This document shows, in pieces, positions 1-10,339 of a stretch of 37,860 nucleotides of DNA (position 1 is the first letter of the stretch; every line of letters begins with the position of its first letter). Origin of the DNA: Candidatus Muiribacteriota bacterium (GTDB lineage Bacteria; Muiribacteriota; Muiribacteriia; Muiribacteriales; Muiribacteriaceae); contig JBNJGP010000015.1 of the NCBI GenBank assembly GCA_051747805.1, positions 1 to 37,860 of the forward strand, in the 5' to 3' direction. Under the pieces are notes generated by a model, which saw only the letters and a program-made list of their open reading frames with translations, did no database searches and was not told the DNA's origin. The translations under genes and the position numbers were made by a program.

Positions 1-4
1 CAGG

Positions 5-871
5 TTAGAGCGTCCCGATTGTATCGGGCAAATTAGAAGTAATCTGACAAATACCTCCGGCAAGCCCGTCCTCAAGTCTTCCATTAATAATAACAGGTGC
101 CTCTACATAACCAGCCTCTCTAGTTCTAGGACCCACAAAATCATTAAAAGAAAATTCCTGTCCAGGTTTCAACACAATGTTATCTATTGCTTCTGCGGCA
201 ACTTTTAAATTCTTTACTCTTTTTTTATTATCAGCTTCAAACTCTGTTTTATATTTTCCTAAAACATGATTAAACTCATGTTCTCTAACATAGTTAGAAA
301 GTGATTTCTCAGGCTCTATCTTCTCGATTTCAACGAAAATTTCCTTTTGATTATTTTTTAATGCCTCAACAATATTTTTATAAATAAAAAAGTAATCTAA
401 ATTTAACCCCGGACGCCCTTCGATTATTTTTAAAATACCGTCTTTTTGGAGAAAATCAGCCTCAAAAGGGTCTTTTTTGTATTTTTTAAAAATATTTTCA
501 ATACTGTTCATAACAGTATTTTTATCCAAATCAATATTTAGGGGAATTTGCGAATATACTCCAAACATAGATTTAAATCTAACCCATATTGAGTTAAATT
601 TTTTTTTTACCCTGTCTTTATTAATTTCGACTTCTCCAAATTCTTTAATTTTTTTTACCTTTTTTAAATCAAATTCTTCATTAAAAAAAATTAATTCTTT
701 ATTTTCAATTTGTATTTCAAGAATATTTAAAAAACTTTCAAGATTGCGTGTATTATAAAAAATTTTTTTCTCATTATTGACTTCAACCCTTACCGGCGAT
801 AAATAAAACCATCCAATGATAATAAATAACAGTGTAATAAAAATAATCAATCTCTTTTTAATTCTATACAT
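5..871 (-). CDS. VanW-family membrane-anchored protein, C-terminally truncated
   Basis: N-terminal TM segment; VanW motifs 'R..NLKVAAEAIDNIVLKPGQEFSFNDFVGPRT...GY.EAPVI..G...GGICQ'; similarity stops after ICQITSNL (about position 29) and the ORF ends in PDTIGTL*. Confidence 0.75.
   Translation of the reverse strand: MYRIKKRLIIFITLLFIIIGWFYLSPVRVEVNNEKKIFYNTRNLESFLNILEIQIENKELIFFNEEFDLKKVKKIKEFGEVEINKDRVKKKFNSIWVRFKSMFGVYSQIPLNIDLDKNTVMNSIENIFKKYKKDPFEADFLQKDGILKIIEGRPGLNLDYFFIYKNIVEALKNNQKEIFVEIEKIEPEKSLSNYVREHEFNHVLGKYKTEFEADNKKRVKNLKVAAEAIDNIVLKPGQEFSFNDFVGPRTREAGYVEAPVIINGRLEDGLAGGICQITSNLPDTIGTL
14..28. repeat. Short palindrome CCCGAT-TGT-ATCGGG at the window edge
   Basis: Perfect 6-bp inverted repeat located exactly where the VanW similarity breaks. 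Confidence 0.5.
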
Positions 872-1863
872 CAGTACAATTCAACCTTAGGTTCACGGGT
901 CATTAAATTATTTACCTCGCTTTTTATATTATAATTATTAAATACAACGTTATAAACAGTTTTCGCAATTGGTAGTTCAACCTTTTTATTATTAAAAAAA
1001 TTAAATACAGCTTTTACAGTATTTACACCCTCTACTGCTTTTTCCATCTCTTGATAGTAATTTATTGGAGTTTTTTTTGTGCGGGTTATCTCTTTTCCAA
1101 AAGAATAATTTCTTGATAAACTTGAAAAAGAAGTTGCGACAAGGTCTCCCATACCAGCAAGTCCCATAAATGTATAGGGTTCTGCACCCAGATTTACTCC
1201 GTATCGAGTCATTTCAACAAGTCCTCTTGTTAAATAAGCAGCTTTTGTATTAACCCCATATCCCAGCCCGTCACTTATACCGGCTCCAATTGCCAGAATA
1301 TTTTTATAGGCGCCACCTATCTGAACTCCTATATAATCCCGGCTAGTATAAACACGGAAAAAATCTGAGTGAAAAAGCTTCTGTACAATATTACAGAGTG
1401 TTTTATCTTTAGAAGCAACAACGGCAGACGACGGTTTTTTCATGGCTATTTCCATTGCAAGATTAGGACCGGATAACACTCCAAACTTAACTTCAGGAAG
1501 AATTTCATTTATTTTTAAACTTAAAAAATTACCTTCTCCATCCAGCCCCTTAGTTAATATTAGAAGTCGGTTCTTTTTAGAAATTTGTCGGGACATACTT
1601 TTTATAGTATTTAAAAAATACTTTGAAGGAGTAACCATCACAATAAGCTCGCACAGGGATATTTTTTCAAATTCAGATACTGCCTTAATATTTTTATTTA
1701 ATTTTACACCTTTTAAATATCTTTCATTAGCTCTATTTAAATTTATATCTTTTTTAACTTCCTCTTCATAACACCATAAATAAACATTATTATTAACTTT
1801 TTCAGCTAATAAATCTGCAACCACTGTTCCCCACGCTCCGGCTCCAGCAACAAAAATATTCAA
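871..1863 (-). CDS. gpsA: NAD(P)H-dependent glycerol-3-phosphate dehydrogenase
   Basis: GAGAWG Rossmann motif; LSGPNLA.E, GGAYKN, GLAGMGDL..T..S..SRN motifs; der-plsY-gpsA synteny. Confidence 0.96.
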   Translation of the reverse strand: MNIFVAGAGAWGTVVADLLAEKVNNNVYLWCYEEEVKKDINLNRANERYLKGVKLNKNIKAVSEFEKISLCELIVMVTPSKYFLNTIKSMSRQISKKNRLLILTKGLDGEGNFLSLKINEILPEVKFGVLSGPNLAMEIAMKKPSSAVVASKDKTLCNIVQKLFHSDFFRVYTSRDYIGVQIGGAYKNILAIGAGISDGLGYGVNTKAAYLTRGLVEMTRYGVNLGAEPYTFMGLAGMGDLVATSFSSLSRNYSFGKEITRTKKTPINYYQEMEKAVEGVNTVKAVFNFFNNKKVELPIAKTVYNVVFNNYNIKSEVNNLMTREPKVELY

Positions 1864-2480
1864 CTTTCCCTCCTGTCAAAAACATGTTCATTTCCCTTAA
1901 TCAATCGAACAATATTTGATTTATGCTTAATTACAACAAACAGAGAAAGTATAGTGATAAAAATTAAAAAATCCACTCGAAAATCAAATATAAAAACATT
2001 TAAGGGTAATAAAATCGTGGCAATAATAGTTGCAAGGGAAACAGTTTTTGAAAAATAAAATATAATTACCCATAACACAAAAGTAATGACCGAAATAAGA
2101 GGATTTAAATAAGTAAGTAGCCCAAGACCCGAGGCTGCGCCCTTTCCGCCTCTGAAATTAAGATAAACAGGGAATATATGTCCGGCAAGTATTACTACAA
2201 GAGAAAAATAATATAAAATTATTTGTATTATGCTCTGTGATGAATAATTATAAAAAATAAAAGTGGTAATTCCTGTTAATAAAAAACCTTTTAAAAAATC
2301 AAGCATAAATACAATTATTCCATATTTCAGTCCAAGTATTCTTGCTGTATTTGTTGCTCCCGCATTACCACTTCCAAGATTTCTAATATCCTTTTTCAAC
2401 TTTAATCTTACAATTAAATAAGAAAATGGAATTGCGCCTGAAAAATAGTTTATAAAAAGTGACATTAATAAAAATTTCAT
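1860..2480 (-). CDS. plsY: Glycerol-3-phosphate 1-O-acyltransferase PlsY
   Basis: DIR..GSGNAGATN, D.LKG, GH.FPV...FRGGKG, KH.SNI.RL..G.E motifs; hydrophobic. Confidence 0.96.
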   Translation of the reverse strand: MKFLLMSLFINYFSGAIPFSYLIVRLKLKKDIRNLGSGNAGATNTARILGLKYGIIVFMLDFLKGFLLTGITTFIFYNYSSQSIIQIILYYFSLVVILAGHIFPVYLNFRGGKGAASGLGLLTYLNPLISVITFVLWVIIFYFSKTVSLATIIATILLPLNVFIFDFRVDFLIFITILSLFVVIKHKSNIVRLIKGNEHVFDRRES

Positions 2481-2513
2481 TATTTATTTCCTCTTGTCCG
2501 CCTCAGACACCAT

Positions 2514-3779
2514 TTAAGCTTCTTTAAATATTAATTTAAGCGGAACTCCCTCATAATCAATATTTTCTCTGAGTATATTTTCAATATATCGTTTTGTTGA
2601 AAAATGTAATTCTTTAGATGTAAAAATTAAAAATACAGGCGGAGCTGCCTTTACCTGCTTAATAAATTTTATTTCAGGATATTTAAACTTAAGAACAGGT
2701 AAAATATTATTATTTAAAAGACGGTCTGGAATGTTTTTTAAATAATTTTTAAATATTTTTTCCATTAATTCCACTATTTTAAAGCTTCTAAGACCGCTCT
2801 CGGCAGAAATACTGATTACAGGAGCATAATTAATAAAATATAACCGGTCTCTTATCTGGGCCTCGAAGCTCTTTAAATATTCCTGCTTATTTTTATTAAT
2901 TTTATCCCATTTATTTATAACAATTATAACAGCCTTACCATTTTCTTTAATGAGCCCGGCAATTTTTGTGTCCTGCGAGGTAACACTCTGCTGAGCATCA
3001 AGCATAAAAATACACAGGTTTGAATTTTCAATTGCTTTAACCGTACGGTAAACACTGTGTTTTTCAACTTTATCTTTTATACTTCTCTTTCTTCTTAAAC
3101 CAGCTGTATCAATGAAAATATACTCTTCGTTGTTTAAGGTTATTACTTCTTCAATATAATCCCTTGTCGTACCGGAAACAGGGGTTACCATAACTCTTTT
3201 TTTTCCAAATAATCGATTAAATAATGTAGACTTACCAACATTTGGACGTCCGGCAATTAGAACCTTTTTTCTATCTTGGTTATCACAGATTAAGTTGTTG
3301 TCAAATTCATCTGTTACAGCATCAAGCAGATCACCTATATTACGACTATGAATAGCGGATATATTAATTATATTATCAAATCCAAGTCCAAAAAAAGTTG
3401 AAGAATCCATCATATTATCATTTTTATTTACTACCACAAGAACTTTTTTTGACATTTTTTTTAAAAAAAGGGCCAGATCTTTATCAAATGGAGTGGGACC
3501 GTCTTTATAATCAACAACAAAAAGTACAATATCTACTTCTTTTAAAATATCTTTATTAATTTCAATTATACTCTGAAAAAAATAATCTTTTTCTTCAAAG
3601 TCCATTCCGCCCGAATCGATAATAGTAAAAATATTACCACACCAATCCACAATAGAATGGTTTAAGTCTCTTGTAACACCAGGCTCGCTTTCGACAATAG
3701 CCTTATTCTGTCCGGTAATTCTATTAAAAAGAGTTGATTTACCAGTATTTGGACGACCAAACAAAAGAACTTTATTCAT
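2514..3779 (-). CDS. der: Ribosome biogenesis GTPase Der (EngA)
   Basis: Two tandem G domains (GRPNTGKS, GRPNVGKS; DSGG/DTAG; NK.D) plus C-terminal KH-like domain. Confidence 0.97.
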   Translation of the reverse strand: MNKVLLFGRPNTGKSTLFNRITGQNKAIVESEPGVTRDLNHSIVDWCGNIFTIIDSGGMDFEEKDYFFQSIIEINKDILKEVDIVLFVVDYKDGPTPFDKDLALFLKKMSKKVLVVVNKNDNMMDSSTFFGLGFDNIINISAIHSRNIGDLLDAVTDEFDNNLICDNQDRKKVLIAGRPNVGKSTLFNRLFGKKRVMVTPVSGTTRDYIEEVITLNNEEYIFIDTAGLRRKRSIKDKVEKHSVYRTVKAIENSNLCIFMLDAQQSVTSQDTKIAGLIKENGKAVIIVINKWDKINKNKQEYLKSFEAQIRDRLYFINYAPVISISAESGLRSFKIVELMEKIFKNYLKNIPDRLLNNNILPVLKFKYPEIKFIKQVKAAPPVFLIFTSKELHFSTKRYIENILRENIDYEGVPLKLIFKEA

Positions 3780-3780
3780 T

Positions 3781-4839
3781 TTAACTCCTGAAAAAATCGG
3801 TCAAGCTGCAACCTTTTGTTTTTATTATATTTATTCTATTATCGGTTTTCAATATTTCTTCTCTTGAAACATTATCAAGAGTATATTCTTCAAAATTAAA
3901 AATTATATCTGGTACAAGTACTGGATAATCCTTTAAAGCTTTTTTGCTGATATTAAAAAGAATATCTCTGGCTGTTAAAAGCCCGGTAACCGTTATACTT
4001 TCACCAAAAAATTTATTTTTTACAACAATTAATTCAATATTCAAATTATATTTTTTTATTAAAGTGTCGAATATTTTTTTCCCCGAAACCGATGTAATCA
4101 AATAGCCTTTTCTATTAAAGTCTAAAACTTTTCTTTTAGAGGCCCTGTGAAATGAATTTAAAAATTTACGCGTAATTCCTATTCCGTTTTCAATTTGTTC
4201 ATATTTATTGTAAAAAGAGTCCCCCGGAATTTTTTTTTCTGCAAGTAAAAAAAATTCATCTGCAGGGTAAACCCACTTAACTCCATATTCCTTAAATGCT
4301 TTTTTCTGGAATTTAGTCACTAAGTTTAAAACTTCCAAGGCTTTTTTTGAATCAACAGAAGAAATTTTTTCCAGATTTTTTCTGAACCTTGTTAAACCAA
4401 CAGGCACAATTCCAACACTATCTATATATGGAGTGAACTTATATAATCCCCGAAGAGTTTCTTTTAAAATTTCTCCATCATTTAAACCTGGAATAAGAAC
4501 AATCTGAATATTAAGAGAAATTTCTTCAGAGGTTAAAAAAGAGAGATTCTTCTGAATTTTTCCAGCGTTTTCATTATTCATGATTTTTTTTCTTATATCA
4601 GGATTCAGGGCGTGAACTGAAATATATAAAGGGCTTAAATTATTATCTGCTATATATTCTAGCTCTTTTTCTGTACAATTTGTAAGAGTAATATAATTTC
4701 CGTATAAATAGGAATGTCTGAAATCATCATCCTTGACGTAGAGAGTTTTACGCATGCCTGGAGGCATCTGATCTATAAAGCAGAATATACAGTTGTTTTC
4801 ACATTGTTTTATATTATCAATATCAAGATAGTCTGTCAT
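3781..4839 (-). CDS. DUF512 putative radical SAM / Fe-S oxidoreductase
   Basis: CENNCIFCFIDQMPPGMRKTLYVKDDD.R.S.LYGNYITLTN, QIENGIG, N.FFG.SITVTGLLT; conserved position upstream of der. Start moved to ATG 4839 because the ORF-track start at 4890 lies inside tRNA-Cys. Confidence 0.88.
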   Translation of the reverse strand: MTDYLDIDNIKQCENNCIFCFIDQMPPGMRKTLYVKDDDFRHSYLYGNYITLTNCTEKELEYIADNNLSPLYISVHALNPDIRKKIMNNENAGKIQKNLSFLTSEEISLNIQIVLIPGLNDGEILKETLRGLYKFTPYIDSVGIVPVGLTRFRKNLEKISSVDSKKALEVLNLVTKFQKKAFKEYGVKWVYPADEFFLLAEKKIPGDSFYNKYEQIENGIGITRKFLNSFHRASKRKVLDFNRKGYLITSVSGKKIFDTLIKKYNLNIELIVVKNKFFGESITVTGLLTARDILFNISKKALKDYPVLVPDIIFNFEEYTLDNVSREEILKTDNRINIIKTKGCSLTDFFRS

Positions 4840-4878
4840 TTTGAAATCTCGAAGTTTTTTGAAATTTTTTCCAGGGTA

Positions 4879-4954
4879 TGGAGGCGGCACCCGGACTTGA
4901 ACCGGGGAATAAAGGATTTGCAGTCCTCTGCCTTACCAGCTTGGCTATGCCGCC
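4879..4954 (-). tRNA. tRNA-Cys (GCA)
   Basis: GGCGGCATAGCCAAGCTGGTAAGGC-AGAGGA-CTGCAAA-TCCTTT...GGTTCAAGTCC-GGGTGCCGCC-TCCA; encoded CCA. Confidence 0.97.
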
Positions 4955-4966
4955 AAAATCGCAAGG

Positions 4967-5042
4967 TGGTGCCAGGAGACGGAATCGAACCGCCGACACA
5001 AGGATTTTCAATCCTCTGCTCTACCGACTGAGCTATCCTGGC
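4967..5042 (-). tRNA. tRNA-Phe (GAA)
   Basis: GCCAGGATAGCTCAGTCGGTAGAGC-AGAGGA-TTGAAAA-TCCTT...GGTTCGATTCC...CCTGGC-ACCA. Confidence 0.97.
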
Positions 5043-5047
5043 GGAAA

Positions 5048-5125
5048 TGGCGGAGTCGACGAGATTCGAACTCGCGATCTTCGGCGTGACAGGCCGACGT
5101 GTTAACCGGGCTACACCACGACTCC
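5048..5125 (-). tRNA. tRNA-Asp (GTC)
   Basis: GGAGTCGTGGTGTAG...TCGGC-CTGTCAC-GCCGA...GTTCGAATC...CGACTCC-GCCA. Confidence 0.97.
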
Positions 5126-5138
5126 GCTTTTAGTTGAA

Positions 5139-5214
5139 TGGTGGGCGAAACAGGGCTCGAACCTGTGACCCTCGGCTTGTAAGGCCGATGCTCTCCCAGC
5201 TGAGCTATTCGCCC
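5139..5214 (-). tRNA. tRNA-Val (TAC)
   Basis: GGGCGAATAGCTCAGCTGGGAGAGC-ATCGGC-CTTACAA-GCCGA...GGTTCGAGCCC...TTCGCCC-ACCA. Confidence 0.97.
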
Positions 5215-5234
5215 ATCCTTATTGCGTGATTTTT

Positions 5235-5262
5235 ATATTACCATATTTTTTTAAAAATGCAA
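5235..5262 (-). promoter_or_regulatory. Putative sigma-70 promoter of the tRNA cluster
   Basis: TTGCAT (5262-5257), 16-bp spacer ending in TGG, TAATAT (5240-5235; extended -10), 20 nt upstream of tRNA-Val. Confidence 0.6.
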
Positions 5263-5286
5263 GTTTTTTTCAAAAAACCTGTTACC

Positions 5287-6396
5287 TTATTTTCTAAACT
5301 TCTCTTTCTTCCTTAAAAAGGCAGGAATGTTAACATCATCATCGGGAGTATCTTTAACTGGTTTTTCATCGCCTTTATCTTCATCATCTATATTTTTAAG
5401 ACGAAGTTTTCCCATAATTTCTTTTTTTTCTTTTTCAATAATTTCATCTGCGCTGAACCCGGTTGCTATAACAGTCACTTTAACATCATCTTTTAAATCG
5501 TCTTTCAAAACTGCACCAAAAATAATATTAGCATCGGGGTCGGCGGAATTTCCAATTATCTCAGCAGCCTTATTTACTTCATAAAGAGTAAGATCTTCTC
5601 CACCTGTAATGTTTATAAGGACTCCTTTTGCTCCCTGAACTGTAGCTTCAAGCAGCGGACTTGATATTGCCTCTTCTGCAGCGGTAGCAGCACGGTTTTC
5701 GCCCTGACCAGTACCTATACCCATTAGAGCAGAACCAGCTTCTGTCATAATAGCTTTTACATCTGCAAAGTCAAGATTAATTAAACCTGGCTCAAGAATC
5801 AAATCTGATATACCCTGAACACCCTGTCTTAAAACATCATCTGCAATTTTAAAAGCATCATTTATTGATGTGTGTTGATCAACAACCTGTAGCAGTCTAT
5901 CGTTTGGAATAGTTATCAGCGTATCAACATTCGCCTTTAAAACTTTGATGCCATTTTCTGCCTGTATCATCCTCTTACGTCCCTCAAAAGAGAAAGGTTT
6001 TGTTACAACACCAACCGTAAGAGCTCCAAGGTCTTTAGCGATTTCTGCTATTATTGCGGCAGCACCTGTTCCAGTTCCGCCACCCATACCGGCAGTGATA
6101 AAAACCATATCTGCACCTTCAAGAGCCTCATGTATTTTATCTTTATCTTCTAGAGCAGCATTTTTACCAATTTCCGGGTTAGCACCAGCACCAAGTCCTT
6201 TTGTAAGTTTATCTCCGATTTGAAGTTTTATTTTAGCATTGGAAGATACGAGAGCTTGAGCATCAGTATTCAGAGCAAGAAAATCTACTCCAGATAAACC
6301 GCTCATTATCATGCGGTTTACGGCATTTCCACCACCGCCGCCTACACCTATAACCTTAATTTCAGCCACCTGTTCTATGGCATCAAATTCAAACAT
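5287..6396 (-). CDS. ftsZ: Cell division protein FtsZ
   Basis: [26 protein letters not shown] tubulin signature, C-terminal IPAFLR; start ATG 6396 follows SD GAGGGGG. Confidence 0.98.
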   Translation of the reverse strand: MFEFDAIEQVAEIKVIGVGGGGGNAVNRMIMSGLSGVDFLALNTDAQALVSSNAKIKLQIGDKLTKGLGAGANPEIGKNAALEDKDKIHEALEGADMVFITAGMGGGTGTGAAAIIAEIAKDLGALTVGVVTKPFSFEGRKRMIQAENGIKVLKANVDTLITIPNDRLLQVVDQHTSINDAFKIADDVLRQGVQGISDLILEPGLINLDFADVKAIMTEAGSALMGIGTGQGENRAATAAEEAISSPLLEATVQGAKGVLINITGGEDLTLYEVNKAAEIIGNSADPDANIIFGAVLKDDLKDDVKVTVIATGFSADEIIEKEKKEIMGKLRLKNIDDEDKGDEKPVKDTPDDDVNIPAFLRKKEKFRK

Positions 6397-6412
6397 AACA
6401 TTTCCCCCTCTT

Positions 6413-7636
6413 TTAGAAGTAAGTCTCAAAATAATCTTTTATTTTATTTACAACCTTTTTTACAGGATTTTTTTCTATAGAAACGCTGTTATTGTGACTT
6501 TTTTGTGCGTATTTAAGTATTCCTACAGCATTACTGTAAACAGGTGAATTTATTTTATCAAAAAGTCCTTTTAAACTCAACGGTCTTCCAAAACGAACTG
6601 GTAAATCAAAAAGATGCTCTACAAATACCGGTAACCCCTCAAGCTGCGATCCGCCGCCAGTAAGAATAATTCCGGATTTCATATTATCTGTCAGCCCTTC
6701 CCTTTCGCATTTGTTAAAAACATGTTTGAAAATTTCTTCATAACGCGCAAAAATAATTTCATTCAAATATTTTTTGGTAACCATTTTCACATTTTCTTTT
6801 GAAGTATTAAAAAGCTCAACTTTATCATTATTTTCAAGATTATAAAGACTGCCCTCATAAATTTTTAATTTTTCAGCCTCATCAAATGAGGTTCTTAAGA
6901 TTATGGCAATATCATTAGTTATAGAGTTGCTGCCAATAGGTATAACATCCGACGTAACAATACTACCGTCTTTATATACCGACATAGTAGTATATGTTCC
7001 GCCTATATCAGTAACAACCGCCCCCATTTTCTTTTCATCATCTGTTAAAACTGCCTCGGCCGAGGCCAGCGGTTCATAAACAAAATCTTTTATCTCAAAT
7101 CCTGCGCTTTCTACACATTTCTCAATATTATTTATAACCGATTCAGGGGCAGATACCACATATACATCCGACTCAAGAGAAGAGCCGCGCATTCCAACCG
7201 GATCTTTAATGCCTGTCATTTCGTCAACAGTAAAATTTCTGGCAAGAATATGAATAATCTCATGGTTTTCAGGAAGCACTATAGTATTTTTCACAGTTTC
7301 AAGAACCCTGACAAGGTCATTTCTGGAAATTCCTGCATTTTTATCATGAACACTTATAGTTCCATTTGTTGAAAAACATTTTAGATTTGTGCCGAATAGA
7401 TTAATATAAACCGAATCGACCTGAACATCAGCCATTTTTTCAGCCTCTTCAACAGCCAGGTCCAGTTTGTTTTTGAGCTCATCAATATTTGTAATAGCCC
7501 CTTCTTTATTTATCACATTTACGTTTACCTTTCCAATGCCTATAACCTTGAGTTCATCTTCTGTAATTTCACCAATTAAGACAACAATTTTGTTTGTTCC
7601 TACATCTATGCCAGTTACTGTATAATTACGGGACAA
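6413..7636 (-). CDS. ftsA: Cell division protein FtsA
   Basis: GIDVGT.K, DPVGM.G..LE, DIGG, ITNDIA..LRT...[17 protein letters not shown] start after GGAGGGGG. Confidence 0.96.
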   Translation of the reverse strand: MSRNYTVTGIDVGTNKIVVLIGEITEDELKVIGIGKVNVNVINKEGAITNIDELKNKLDLAVEEAEKMADVQVDSVYINLFGTNLKCFSTNGTISVHDKNAGISRNDLVRVLETVKNTIVLPENHEIIHILARNFTVDEMTGIKDPVGMRGSSLESDVYVVSAPESVINNIEKCVESAGFEIKDFVYEPLASAEAVLTDDEKKMGAVVTDIGGTYTTMSVYKDGSIVTSDVIPIGSNSITNDIAIILRTSFDEAEKLKIYEGSLYNLENNDKVELFNTSKENVKMVTKKYLNEIIFARYEEIFKHVFNKCEREGLTDNMKSGIILTGGGSQLEGLPVFVEHLFDLPVRFGRPLSLKGLFDKINSPVYSNAVGILKYAQKSHNNSVSIEKNPVKKVVNKIKDYFETYF

Positions 7637-7648
7637 AGACCCCCTCCT

Positions 7649-8395
7649 TTATTCAGAATACTTTATATATATATTTTCACCGAATCGCAAATCTGCATAT
7701 TCTATATGATATTTTTTTTCCTTTAATTTTAACAGCTTATTATATAATATTTCAAATCTTTCTCCTAAAGTTTTAATATCATTTACATAAACTTCAACAC
7801 CGTCAAGAGTGTAAATAATAATTTTATCAGGATTATTAAAGTTAATTTCTGAAATAATGTCAATAAAGTCATCTGGTAATTCCTTAAACCAGCTTAAGCC
7901 GTTTATTATTTCTTTATGTGTTATTTTTTTACCAAGACTGAAATCAAACTCGTTTTTCACACCACTCATAACCGGAAGGTCTATACTGTTTATTTTTTCC
8001 CGCCAGGAAAGCGGAACTCCTTTTTTATCAAATGCTAAAAATCCTTTTTCTGCTTTTAAATAAACGTAAGGCTCTCTTTCAATTATATGAATTTTAACTT
8101 TTCTATTTTCAATATTTATACCGGCACTTTGAATAAAGGGTTCAGTTAATATAAGCTGACGCCCTCTTTCTATATTAATTTTTATAAGATTTTTATCCTG
8201 AGTAACTTTTGATAAATATAAAATTGTTGAGTCCTCAACATAATTGTTTCCAATAATATCAACTTCCCTTACATTAAGAAAAGATATATCCTTTAAAATA
8301 ATTCTTGTCTGAAATGCCATTATAAAAATTAATATTAATATTACCAGCACTTTAACTAAATGCACTGGCCCTTTTTTAAATAAATAATATCTCAT
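7649..8395 (-). CDS. ftsQ: FtsQ/DivIB cell division protein
   Basis: N-terminal TM, POTRA-like domain (V..IGN..V, I.EREP), C-terminal YADLRF; lies just upstream of ftsA. Confidence 0.85.
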   Translation of the reverse strand: MRYYLFKKGPVHLVKVLVILILIFIMAFQTRIILKDISFLNVREVDIIGNNYVEDSTILYLSKVTQDKNLIKINIERGRQLILTEPFIQSAGINIENRKVKIHIIEREPYVYLKAEKGFLAFDKKGVPLSWREKINSIDLPVMSGVKNEFDFSLGKKITHKEIINGLSWFKELPDDFIDIISEINFNNPDKIIIYTLDGVEVYVNDIKTLGERFEILYNKLLKLKEKKYHIEYADLRFGENIYIKYSE

Positions 8396-8397
8396 TA

Positions 8398-9213
8398 TTA
8401 AATAATCACTACTTCTTCTTCTAATTTTATTCCGGTTTTTTTAAATACTTCCTTTTTACAAAAATCAATAATATATTTTATCTCCAAAAAGCCTGCATTA
8501 TCCATGTTTTCAATAAAGTTCAGGTGTTTTTGAGAAATTCCTGCCCCGCCATACTTAAAACCGGCCAACCCGGCTTTTTCTATAAGTTTCCAGGCCGAGT
8601 ATCCTTCAGGATTTTTAAAAACACTTCCAAAAGTCTTTTTTAAAACTGGCTGAGAAGATAACTTTTTTATAAATTTTATTTTTATTTTTTCTTTTATATT
8701 AATAATATTACTTTTTTCTATGAAAAATTCTACACTTATAATAACTTTATTATTATTTTTGAAAGTTGAGTTTCTGTATGAAAAAAAACATTCACTTTTG
8801 TTAAGCCAGCTAAATTTTTTATTTTTTAAATCATAATAAAATATTCGATTTATTAATTTTGAAATATTTCCAGCGTTCATAGCAGCAGCTCCCCCTACTG
8901 TACCGGGTATTCCAGCTAAAAATTCAAATCCTGAAATATTATTTTTAATTGAAAAACTTAAAATTTTTTTTAAATTAACACCGGCTCCTGCTTTTAGTAT
9001 ATTATTTTTAATTTCTAATTCTTTATTAAGCTCAAGTTTAACCATGACAGCACTTGATTTTTCATTTACAAGAATATTTGAGCCTCCACCTAATATAAAA
9101 ATATTTGACGGAAGATTTTTAAAATCCTCATTATTTTCCGGAATAAGAATATCACAGACTGGTCCCACTCCAATTGTAGTTATTTTTTTAAGAAGATATT
9201 TTTTTCTTATCAT
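8398..9213 (-). CDS. murB: UDP-N-acetylmuramate dehydrogenase MurB
   Basis: LGGGSNIL, GFEFLAGIPGTVGGA..MNAG, FSYRNS.F, FGSVFKNP, S.KH.NFI.N, GI.LEEEV. Confidence 0.95.
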   Translation of the reverse strand: MIRKKYLLKKITTIGVGPVCDILIPENNEDFKNLPSNIFILGGGSNILVNEKSSAVMVKLELNKELEIKNNILKAGAGVNLKKILSFSIKNNISGFEFLAGIPGTVGGAAAMNAGNISKLINRIFYYDLKNKKFSWLNKSECFFSYRNSTFKNNNKVIISVEFFIEKSNIINIKEKIKIKFIKKLSSQPVLKKTFGSVFKNPEGYSAWKLIEKAGLAGFKYGGAGISQKHLNFIENMDNAGFLEIKYIIDFCKKEVFKKTGIKLEEEVVII

Positions 9214-10300
9214 TTATATGCCTTGATATATTTAATAATATTCCTATATTAACCAGTAGAATAACAAGAGAAGAACCTCCATAACTAATAAATGGAAGCG
9301 GTAATCCTTTTGTCGGAAATAAGTTAAGCACAACACCTATATTTATAAGAGCCTGAACAGAAATTGTAATTAAAATTCCCAGCCCTAATATAAATCCAGA
9401 TACGTCCGGGGATTTTTTAATTATGTACCAGCCCCTGAAAAACAAAAACATAAAAAGCAAAATAACGCCAGCCGCACCAATAAAACCAAGCTCCTCACAA
9501 ATAATTGCATAAATAAAATCTGCATAGGGTTCTGGCAGATAATGAAGCTTCTGTCTGCTCTGTCCCAGCCCAACACCAAGAAATCCTCCTGCACCAACCG
9601 CCATCAGCGAGTTAATAATATGATAACCATATGTAAACCGGTATGACCATGGATCAAGAAAAGCAAAAATTCTATTACGCCTGTAAGGAGCCGAGTATAT
9701 TGCCCCAATAAAACTGGCCGCACCTAAAAACAGTATCGAAAAAAGATATTTATACGAAAGACCAAGAACAAATAATACAACAAAAAAAGAAGCTCCAATT
9801 ACAACAGTAGTACCAAGATCCGGCTGCATTAATATTAATAAAGCGATTAATCCAAATATCAGCAGTGGATTAAAAATTTTTTTATGTATATTTAAAATAT
9901 TGCCGCTTTTACCAAAAAAATAGGCAAGATACCATATAAAAGCATATTTAATAAACTCTGAGGGCTGTATTTTAAAGTATCCAAAAGGAAGCCAGCGACT
10001 TGCTCCTTTAACCTGCTGGGCTTCTGGAAGAAAAAGAACTATTACAAGCATTATAACAAAAATAAAAAGAAATTTACTGGAATTTTTTATAAAAAAATGA
10101 TAATTAATCTTCGATACTATAAACATTAATGTTAACCCTGTCACAGCCCATATAACCTGACGTATAAAAAAATGAAAAGGAGAACTAAAACGTTCCTCAG
10201 CCTCTACAAAACTTGAACTGTAAACCATTATAATCCCAAAAAAGGTTAATAAAAGAACAATTATAACCAGTAATATATCAAAATTTTTTTTGTGTTTCAC
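9188..10300 (-). CDS. ftsW: SEDS peptidoglycan polymerase FtsW
   Basis: GIIMVYSSS, GASRW, IQPSEF.K, QPDLGT, G.G.GQSRQK..YLPE...DF, PTKGLPLPFISYGGSS. Confidence 0.95.
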   Translation of the reverse strand: MKHKKNFDILLVIIVLLLTFFGIIMVYSSSFVEAEERFSSPFHFFIRQVIWAVTGLTLMFIVSKINYHFFIKNSSKFLFIFVIMLVIVLFLPEAQQVKGASRWLPFGYFKIQPSEFIKYAFIWYLAYFFGKSGNILNIHKKIFNPLLIFGLIALLILMQPDLGTTVVIGASFFVVLFVLGLSYKYLFSILFLGAASFIGAIYSAPYRRNRIFAFLDPWSYRFTYGYHIINSLMAVGAGGFLGVGLGQSRQKLHYLPEPYADFIYAIICEELGFIGAAGVILLFMFLFFRGWYIIKKSPDVSGFILGLGILITISVQALINIGVVLNLFPTKGLPLPFISYGGSSLVILLVNIGILLNISRHINDKKKISS

Positions 10301-10339
10301 AACAAATTCCTCTTCAAAGGTTTCAAAAAAAAAACCGCC

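Noticed and set aside
4840..4900. Prophage or island integration at tRNA-Cys
   Set aside because: No integrase and no duplicated tRNA 3' end seen; the flanking genes are core.
4714..5105. Short ORFs over the tRNA region (4714-5031, 4823-5011, 4878-5105)
   Set aside because: Shadow ORFs of the tRNA genes.
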